64,000 bases of DNA from Balanoglossus misakiensis (taxonomy: Eukaryota > Animalia > Hemichordata). Location of the stretch: positions 8,377,573 through 8,441,572 of the forward strand of contig CM082594.2 in NCBI GenBank assembly GCA_040954595.2. The letters are read 5' to 3'. The notes under the pieces are model-generated. The model ran no database searches, was not told the origin of the DNA, and worked only from the letters and a program-made list of their open reading frames with translations. Position 1 is the first letter of the stretch. Each line of letters begins with the position of its first letter. Position numbers and translations under genes: made by a program. This document shows positions 10,270 to 20,500 of this stretch, in pieces.

Positions 10270-10700
10270 GTAAGACGGTGGTTCTTGTACATACAAATGT
10301 TGTTACTTGTAGAGTGTTGTATACTTTGTCAACCGCAAGCCGTGTTCTCTGCGCTACAGTTTTGAAATCGTGAAGTGTTTTGGCTGCGTGCCACACTCTA
10401 CACCCACTCATTTTGCCGTCTCTTCCAAATATAGCAGGTTTAAAAAAGGAAAGGAATTTCTTTATTCGTACCAAAGATAAACAGATCTTTAGTAAAAAGA
10501 GTCAAACGACTTTCTGATTCTTTGATTGGGTTTTCATTCCAACAAAGCAAGTAGTAAACGACGCAAAGGGATGTTTTCACATAGATCTAGCCGCCGCAGG
10601 ATACAAAAAAGTTACAAGATGAAGTTATACTATCTTCCATATCTCACAAATCACGCATTGACGCCCTGTTTTTTTACTTGCAGGACTAAACACTGAAATC

Positions 10701-12731
10701 ATGTTTAAGATACTGTTTTTGGTCAGTTCTCTGTTGCTGGTCTCACCGGCTTTTGCCTCCGGGTATTACGCCCAAGCACTGCAGGTAGGCTAAATCCGTC
10801 CATCGATGTAAAATGTCAAATTTTTCACCATCACTCGAAATTTTTCACTGTACTTTCCCGATATTCGCTTAAAATGATGCCGACACAAATTAGATCGGTT
10901 GGCCGTTTTACACGTCACTGTAACTTGCGTTCATAATTGAATTTTCCGCAAAACCTTGTCAGTGAACTGATTTCCCCTCTCTAAATTTCTTTCCACATAT
11001 TTCACGGAACGCCACAGAGAGACTGCGCAGGTAAGCACACCTTTTTACGTGAAAAGATTATGACTTCTGCAGCAAATGTCGCAATGCAAAAAAATATTGA
11101 ACCTTGATTTCGTTTTGGAAAACGTACTTCTAAAACTTGAGACTGAAATTCCAATAGGCGATGCAAAAGCAACGCGTGTTGGTTGACTCCATCAAGCATG
11201 ATTCGAATGCATTGTGACCGGAATCTTGTCATTTCTTTGCAGCCGCTATCAGAGATCTAACATGCATGCAGTGTCCAGGACAGCCTGGTCCGGCCGGTCG
11301 TGATGGAGCCCCCGGCGAACCTGGAAAGGATGGCGAGAGGGGATTCCCAGGTCAGTAATCACGGGTAACAATTCCATCAGTGACTGCATATGATAGACAA
11401 CTGCAGACTCAAAATTGATGTAAAGGACTGGTTCAAAGACATGAATTTTACGTCGGTAGATTGTACTGAAGACAGGTGGTACTGTCTGACCCAGGATCGC
11501 CGAAACTAAAATCATTCAGGCCTTGTGTGTATTGCAATATACAACGAATGATTCGGTTCTCTATAACACTCTTCTCCCCCCCCCCCTCCACCAGGACCTC
11601 AAGGACCACAGGGCGAACAGGGACCACAGGGCGAATCCATTGTCGGACCACAGGGAGAGCAAGGCGAGAAGGGAGATCAAGGCGAAGCGGGTCCCAAAGG
11701 ACCACGTGGTATCCCCGGACCAGCTGGTCCCCAGGGACTGCAAGGTATGACATCATTGCTTCAGTCTGGTCGTTTTTTTTTTGGTTTATTTATATTTCAA
11801 TAAAAGCCGGGGGGAGCCAGTCCCATTCACAGGCTTCAAAAGCCACAAATAAAACCACAACACGTTAAAATGAAGACAGAAATATAAACTATAACTCTGA
11901 CAGTGTTAGGGTGTGAATACTAACATAGATAATTTGCATGGTCGTTTTTACAGGACCACAGGGCTTCCAAGGAGAGCAAGGTGAACCAGGTAAGAAATTG
12001 GTAACTTGAAATTTGGAGCTTAGAGGGTACCTTAGAGAGATAAATGTATCGTCGATTCTGGTGCAGAAAGGAGGTGCGAGAATTTACTGCTGTTTAAGAG
12101 CGCCTGTGGTTTTAACCAACAGAAAATACACCGTTTTAATACTTCCACATCAACATAAGCCAACAGCAAGACATTTGACAACAACGATCTGCTCTTTCTT
12201 CCAGGTGAACCAGGTCTACCAGGTGCTCCAGGCCCAGCTGGTTTGAACGCACCAAAGACACAGTTAACATGTACCACCGTTAACGCCGATTCATATGCTG
12301 TACGCTGTCCCGCAGGTGAGGATTGCAACCTTAGATCTTGGCCGGGGGGGGGGGGGGGGTCAAAATGGCTGCTGTGGATCATGCGCCCTCAAACGGTCGA
12401 TTTAAACAGTCAAACATTTACTGGTTACTATGTGAACCCACGCACTGACACTGGTGGAGTTATTGGGATGGGTGGAGATATGCCACATTAATCGTCTTTT
12501 GCTGGAAATGATGACATTTTAGAGTGGTTTGTTAAAATCTATTACCTGGATACGTCACACCTTACCAAATTACATCTTGTCTTTTTTATTCTACCAGGCT
12601 TCTCACTTGTCGGCTGCACGTGCCATGGATGCCCTGGTTCTGAATACATGACCAATGATAACGTATGCCAGTGTAATTGCAAAGCTGTCCGAGAAGCCGA
12701 GGGCCGCTGCTGTTCAACTTCCATCAACTAA
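10701..12731 (+). CDS. Secreted short-chain collagen with a C-terminal resistin/RELM-like cysteine-rich domain, 211 aa
   Basis: Coding exons are 10701..10784, 11018..11030, 11243..11350, 11595..11744, 11954..11989, 12205..12315 and 12598..12731 (636 nt, open frame, all GT-AG). The protein has a signal peptide [19 protein letters not shown], then [16 protein letters not shown], 33 Gly-X-Y triplets, and the C-terminus [67 protein letters not shown] lies at 12841..12846. Confidence 0.9.
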
Positions 12732-13179
12732 GTCATCATCTGCCTTGGAATTTCTGCGCCCACTACGTCCAACAACGGGCAGCCACACAGTGCCATTTTT
12801 TATCTTACCTCATAATTTGCATAACAATGCCAACAGATGAAATAAATTATAGGATGCATAGGTTAGAATATCCATAGTCTTCGACTTTCTTTAAAAACTG
12901 CAGTTGGACCGTGTATGTAGACCTTTATTTTTATCCGTACGTCATCTCATGCAGGAAGTCCTCGTTCTATCGATCCGAGTCAGGGAGTTTGACATTCCAT
13001 GTGAGATTTTATTATGTTCATTCAAGAACGACCACCAGTTGACGTAGTGTTTCCATTTTTACGTTTAGTTTATGACGTTTTAGCATAGCGGGTAGAAGTC
13101 GACACAAATTGTCGTTCCCACTGGTGTCGTGTAGTTAGTGGTGTTTGTCAGACGCTAGCATTTTTCACTTGTATGACTT

Positions 13180-13800
13180 GGCTGTATGGACAAGACATAA
13201 ATAAAGATCTACATATTCTACAACTTAAAATCGGATCTTCGCTGTCTTTATTTTTAATCCATTTTATTCTCAGTAAAGTGGACGTCTTTCACTCGATATA
13301 TGGTATATTGTCTGTTACCTCAGTCTATAGTAGACTATCAAAATTCTGTTTTCCTCAATCTACCAATATATCCCATCATGACATCACGTGGACAATACGT
13401 AGTCTGCGTGTTCAAAATTGTATTGACACTGCCATAATGAGATTCCATTATCGGAACAACATGTGTTACATCCATTTACTTCAATATTGAAATATGTTCT
13501 ATCAATTGATCCAAATGTATGCAGAGTTAATCTAAATTTCATGATCTTACCATTAACAGTACCAGACAGTGACATCTCGGCTATCAAAACATTTCATTGT
13601 TACTGTTTGATTTTTAAAAAAAAATTATGAATGTGTACTGAGTTTGTTCGCCAGTAATCCGATCGACGTGTGGCATACATTCAAAACAAAACTTGGTTTG
13701 GTGTAATTTTCTTGCCTACTCCATTGTTTGTCTCCATCCAGTTAATGATTACGTAATGTCTGAACATGGATATGCACGCATGGTCTGACTAAATCGATTC
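13180..13800 (-). mobile_element. Possible highly decayed LINE endonuclease fragment
   Basis: The frameshifted minus-strand pieces 'WIK...' and 'DLYLCLVH' resemble the W.KL....DLY.C..Y segment of APE-type endonucleases. Many stops; weak. Confidence 0.2.
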
Positions 13801-14433
13801 TCAGTGCATTACTGAATGATACCACATATACATCTGTACATGATAACTTTTATATTGCAAACTAATTTCCGAAATTGTCTCATTAGTAATTGATATTGAA
13901 CATTTCAATCAGAACACATCAATCACGATATATCGCCGTAAGTTCAAATTACCATCCCCCACCCGCCTACATTGCCAATACTCCTCTGCATGTATTTCGC
14001 TCTTTCTAGACAACGGCAAAATTATGTACATGTGTGTGTATATATATATGTATAGATTAGGCGAAAAACACGATCACTTTACCCCCTAGGCCAATTATTT
14101 TAAACCTATTACCGCCATTCAAATACGGCCGTCTTTATATACGCTAATTGTCCATTCTTATAATTCTACACATGCGTACTCACACTTGTGTTTGTGTACT
14201 TGTAATAATACACGGAAATTAATAGTGGATGTCAATATTTAATTGTTTCTCTCCATATTCGTATTCATGAATAATTGTGCTTGGGAAGATTAATTCTGTT
14301 TATCAATAAATTTCTAATGTTAGTTATTTTCTGTTTGTTCATGCATGCAACCGTCCCCACACTGAAATATCTAATTTCCGTGCATTCAGACAAAATACCC
14401 ACAATCCTCACGCAATTCAAGTACGTGTTGGCC

Positions 14434-14447
14434 ATTGCCATGGCGAC
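14434..14447. promoter_or_regulatory. RFX X-box-like palindrome upstream of CA8
   Basis: ATTGCCATGGCGAC about 110 nt before the ATG. A second copy, ATTTCCATGGTAAC, lies at 14753..14766 in intron 1. Confidence 0.4.
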
Positions 14448-14557
14448 CGTAATCGTTATCTAATGCGGAGCTTGTCACGCTGTTCGTTCTATTTAGGCAA
14501 ATAACGTCGTCTGGGCCTGTGCTTACATCCAAGCTGACTGCGACCTGATTCGAAGAT

Positions 14558-17500
14558 ATGGGGGACTCGTCGGATTCAGGCCAAGTGTGGGGTTACAACG
14601 AAGATGGTACGTATCGCACAGCTATATTCATGATTATTCATTTTACATCCATTTCGAATGCGTTAGCGCTGGTGATATGGTATCGTATTGTTAAAGAACT
14701 GGCCTGTCTCTCACTGCTGTTTGACTGCTGTCATGTCACCATATGAAAAGCTATTTCCATGGTAACAAGTGATGTTCAGTTTTATCTCTGTGCTAGTCTC
14801 AGAATATTTTCATTGTGAACCCATGGTTGTGTTACATCTCGGTAGACAGCACACAGTTTGCAGGCGAAATTTTGCTCATCGGAGCTCACAGACGGATGAA
14901 GTAATTAATTCCGTCGTCACGCTACCTTGATCATTCCCATCAGGCAAATGTGACGTTGAGACAGCGTTTACTAGCTAAACATCTTACCAGTGTTCTAGCA
15001 ACAAGCTGTGCGTCACCTAAAATGAATGCGGACATCAATTTTCCATCAGCGGCTATATAGTCCGTGTCAAACGTGGATGTACATTGTACCACACTTTCTG
15101 TTGTACATCCGTGCAGTCTCAAAGCACCTTCCTTCATCAATGAAAGAAGGCCATCAATTATACTAAAGAAAGCCGAATACAATAGCCAACAGATGACGCC
15201 ATCAACACGTCCGTATACTAGAAGTAGGCACACAACATACAATGCTCGAATAAAGTGGTCGTTTGACAGTTTACAGCCTTGAGAAACAGGCCATTTTTGG
15301 GGGAAGTTTCACATTCCGTCGGGTACACAGTCGTATGCTGTTACCCGCATGATCAGTCAAGATGATGTACATACAACCCGCATTCGCTGTCGTTAATATC
15401 AATTTACGGCGCCATATTGCATTAAATTCGGTACCGGTTAAATCCTTACCAAGTAAATAATCAATTGCATAATTTTCAACGCGCGGTGGTTATTGTAAAT
15501 ACGTGTTGAAATAAATCTTGTTGAATAATATTGATCATTAGGCACACATCATCGTCCCGGGCCTAAGATCTTGGTTGATTCACATTACTTGTTGCAAAAA
15601 TCAACAAGAAATATAATAGAATTTTCCAAGAAGGTTAAGAGATTGATTTATTTTCCTGAAGATTCAGGAAATTTTAATTTCGGCTAAATGACATTTATAT
15701 ATATTTATAGCATAGACAATGACAATGAAACGCTCAGTTATGATTTCGTGCACCATTCCGATTTTTCAACAATTTATAAATTGTAGGGATTCATGAATCG
15801 TTTCATATAACCTGTATGGAACGAATCACGAATCAATTTCCTGTCTTCTCGTATCAGCGTGTCCCTCGAGGCCAATTTTTATTTCGTTTTTGTGAGTGAT
15901 GAATACCACGGGAACAGTATGATATGCAAACCTTTCCATATTCACCAAGAAGCATATGAGTTACTATTTATAACGTAACAAAAACATGGTAGATATGTAA
16001 ATCATTCTCTGAGGTAGCAGTTAATATTACCGTTACTATGGGCTTGACTGTTGCTGTATTTCTAATTTTCTGGCTCTGTTTATTTTTTACTAGGCGCGTC
16101 AGAATGGGGAATCCTTTTCCCTGAAGCCAACGGAGACTGCCAATCGCCAATCAACATCAACTCCCGCGAAGCCGTCTTCGATGGCGGCCTGAACGAACCT
16201 CCTCTAGTCACCAACTACATCGTTTGCCGTGAATGCGAGTTCATCAACAACGGACACGCTATACAAATCGTGTTCAAATACAAAACAGGTAAGACATCCA
16301 CCGGTCCAGTAGACTCTATAATTTTGCAGGGATTAGATCATTATGTAGACGGGAATATCTGTCGCTCGAGGGCGCTCTCCCAAGGGAACGGCGGAGACCA
16401 GTCCAATTATATAATATGCTTCTGTATGAAAATACCACAAGCGGCTTAAATCGCACAAATGCACCATTCATCCAACTATTTCCAATCAAATAAGAGGGGA
16501 AAACTTAAAAATCTGAACTGTTTTTTGTCAAACAGACGCAAATAATTCATCAACACTTTCTGTACTGACTCAGGAGAGCAGGATTACGCTTAAACATGCA
16601 ATAATAATCATTCTGTAGTGCACCGAAATTTTGTAATTCCTTCCATGTGATTCTGAATTTTATGAGATCAAATAGCGAAACGTGTCCTTGATGAGGGCGC
16701 TATCAACGTCACCGGTCATGGCTATAGGCTGACTGACGTTATCTCATGTAAATTCACAAAACAGTCGCGTTTCTTTCATCCGTAGTCAAGGTAACCCCTG
16801 ATACACGTTGTATGTCATCGTTCCACAAAAGTAACGTTGTTCAAGTCCGTGTGTATTAAATTTGCATGAACATTAGTGACCTGTCTATAAAGGCCAATTT
16901 TAAAGTCCTTTGACTGGCCGCTACAGAAGGTTAGACTTTAGTTGTAATAACCAGGCGTCGTCATCTCTTTAATTTTTGTGTAATAAGCTTTAATCAAGTA
17001 TCGGCTATGTATAGGAACAGCCACATTATGACCGCCGTTCAATCAATATCGATATTGAAAGTGTTAATTCTTGGGGTTAATTCTCTGCCTCGACAACACA
17101 ATGCACCCAACAAAGGCTGTTATAGGTTCCATCAATCCGCATATCCAATATATGTCATAATGTTTTGACATATAATTAGCAATAGCTTTTCATTTGGTGT
17201 TGGCAAGCATATGAATATAATAGGATTACAGAACGCCCTGCGGAGCTAATACGACGACAATAAATTGCCGGCAAAATATCATAAACCTGAGCTGAAAGAA
17301 AAGTCCGCTATATTTCTTTGCTAATTTATTCAGTTTCCTTCACTATATGTTGCATTTTTATCTTGTCAATAAATTGTATATTGTGAAGGCTACATGTAGT
17401 AATAAATGATTTTAGCGCTACTGGTTACGATCACGACGGAATATTAATTCCTGTTGAAATTTTCTTAATTACGGCTGATACGAACCAATATATTAAACTA

Positions 17501-20500
17501 TTGAACGAAGCCTGTCAGTGTTCTCCATGAAATATTAATATCCACGTGATATACGTGATAATTGAAATCGTTTTAAATCTATCGTGACTGATAATATGAC
17601 CACGATCTGCATTAGAATTTTAATACCGTACAGGGGTTAAGATACGTTGCATATTTAGCAATACTTGGCGGATTTCTGGCCGCGTGACTTGTGTTTTCCT
17701 CTTTTCGAGATAATTAGAGTGCTGTTGATGACGGCAACCGGTTGTCAAGTTTGACCGATGCGAAATTCGATTTCCTCAGCGCTCGTTCTCAGTTGCAGTC
17801 ATTTGACGCTTTTAAACGCCACGGCCTCCGGGGAATACGGTACGCATTGTCACGTCCCTCGTTAATGGCAGACTCCTTGCCTCGCTGACTGAAGTAACTT
17901 CGGATTGGCATGGCAACCTGGTTACTGTACACCTGTATGGTTTCATGAATTTGTGCTAAATGACGTCATAGACCCCCCGGGTACGCAGCTGCGTGCTCCT
18001 CATCTGTGTCATATGAGTGCGCCATCAACGCCTTATATCAGTGCCACTTTCTATTAAAATCTACTTTCTATTAATTTATTTTGACAGGCTTTGAGAATCC
18101 ACTCAATTTCACCTCAGTTGAAGCAAGACTGGAAGCCGTTCCAAGATCACGTAAGTCAATAATCATAGAAGTTGAATATGTTTTATTAGTTTATTAATAT
18201 TACATAAAGGGATACGGCCACCTACGTAAGTTTAGCCTCAGTTACCATATAACGTGGAGAACTAGCCAATCACAGATTTTCACTGACTTGGTAGATGGCC
18301 TATCGTCTGCGTTCTCGCAAGGTTGTTTCTTAATATTGAGGTCAATTTCTGCAGTGTCAATCTCCCCCTCCAAACATGTCTAATGGCGCTTGAATGACGT
18401 AACCTGTGAGAATAGACCTTCCAAGACGCCTCATCAAACACCTGTTATTTTTGCACTAATCAGTATTCTGTCACTGGCGGACAAAGATGGTACGAGGGCG
18501 CTTTATTGTGTCATGTATAATTATTGGTGCTATTTTGAATAGTGGGCGATAACAGGTGCACGTGTGTTTGTTTGTATTTCGTAGTCATCACAGGAGGCCC
18601 TCTTGCGCAAGACAGTGAATATCAATTAGCAGAGTGTCGATTTCACTGGGGACGCGAGGATGACCGTGGTTCGGAACATAATGTCAATTTCAAAGCTTTC
18701 CCTATGGAGGTAAGCCCCTACAACTTACTTGCAATGTACTAATTCAGTGATGGTGTGGCTTGGGTCAAAAAGACGGGAAAACTTAGCGAGTAGGAGCTGG
18801 AATAGACAAGGGAGTGAAAATGGGAATGGAATTGAAAGGGATGAATCCGTTGGGAAGAGGGGGGGGGGCGTTCTTTTTGGCATGTTTCGGAAAGGGGGGT
18901 TTATTGATATTTTTTCATGGTACAGTTTTCACTGAACACACGCCACGTCACTCTTTTTTAGAAAATCTAAGCGAGCGCCCTCTTCAATCTCTTGGCTAAT
19001 AACGTGGTGTCGCTAGGTTAGGGTATTTCAAAGACAAAAGTTAGTGCGCTGCCTGCTTAAAGAGGGCGCTTTGCAGTCACGTGCTCTAGCCGGCGCTCAT
19101 CCAAGTGCACGCTCAATGCCTTGAAATACACATCCATATTTTTAGAATCGAATTACAAGAAAAGATAATCGAATTTCAGGATTTCATCGCGGTTTTGTGT
19201 TTTAATAAGTTCTGTTATCCGGTATCTTTATTAATGTAACATTAACTCAATATCGCGCGGCTACAAAATAGAAGGTCCACGTCTTACGTCTCAAGCATCT
19301 ACTAGTATTTCGGTACAGTATTGGATTATCATTATTAATAATAATAATTCATTATGTTTCAAAATGATTAAAATATCGTCGATGGCAAATAACAAAATGA
19401 CAAACATTCGCAAACATTTCTCTAACTCGGCGAAGTTGAGCTTAAGAGCCAGTTCCCGACCCCCTTATCTTAGAATTTCATCGTTTCTGGTTACAGAGAA
19501 ACAGGGTTAACACACCAATGTGAATCGTTCAACTGAACACATACTATGCCGTGTCTCGTTGCCATCACCGACAAGCACGAAATAAATTAGCCGCGTTGAT
19601 TTCACAATATATACCCACGTGCGCGACAGACAGTAAACATGTTGTTGAAATGAACAGCACTGAATGCGCCCTGGAAACCGTTAAGTTTATTCGCTCTCAT
19701 GGCAACGGCGTACACGCTTATGTAGTGCGGGTGACATTTTTATTATGCTGAATGTAGTTGCTGACTTTTTTCTTATTGGGGCATTGTTTATTTTACGGTC
19801 GTTATCTTCCTTTTGTGAAGTTGTAGCTCGAAATGATCTTAAGTAAAGCCATCTTTAATAACGTGATTCCGCACGGTTAAGTCATATACCCTAGAGTCTA
19901 TGGTTAAACTTAGTTACAGTATCTAACTGAACTCCGGCACTGCTATAGTTCTTGATTTCATTTCACTAACGGTGATATGTAAAACTGGCACCGAAAAAAT
20001 CGCTCATGCAGTGTTCATTGTTTTTACAAAGAAAATTTATAAAACACTACCTGCTAACCAGCAACTCTCCAGAACAAATTGTGGATTAACTGCACTGGGT
20101 GTGATACTTTGGCTTTTCAATATTTTCGCTTAGAATGCGCATCAGCACTCGAGACATAACCAGCCCAGCACATGTTGTCAAACAACCGTGTAAGTTTGCG
20201 ATGTTGTTCTTCCAACTTATGTCTTACCATGATAATATTTTGAAAGTTTGATTTTGATATTTGCGGTATATGAGCATTTTATCTTTAAAAAAACCTCTAA
20301 GCTTATTCGTAACGAGGATGTACTAGTATATTCTTGGGTTTCACTGCACCGCCCGCTACTTTTTTTATTTCCACGCCGTGTCGCCATTGTACAATAAAAG
20401 CACGCTTACACACAGAAAGCTGTTTTCATATACGACTCGATGGTGTCAATCGATAAGCAGAGTGGATGCGCACGCCATGGTCACAACGAGACAATGTGCA

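Noticed and set aside
11320-11337. PGKDGE in the collagen stalk as a MASP-binding motif
   Set aside because: The MBL/ficolin motif is Hyp-Gly-Lys-Xaa-Gly-Pro with an aliphatic Xaa. Acidic D and E make this a poor match.
11448-11868. Arg/Thr-rich and antisense ORFs (11476..11868, 11448..11756)
   Set aside because: They are out-of-frame readings of the Gly-X-Y exon.
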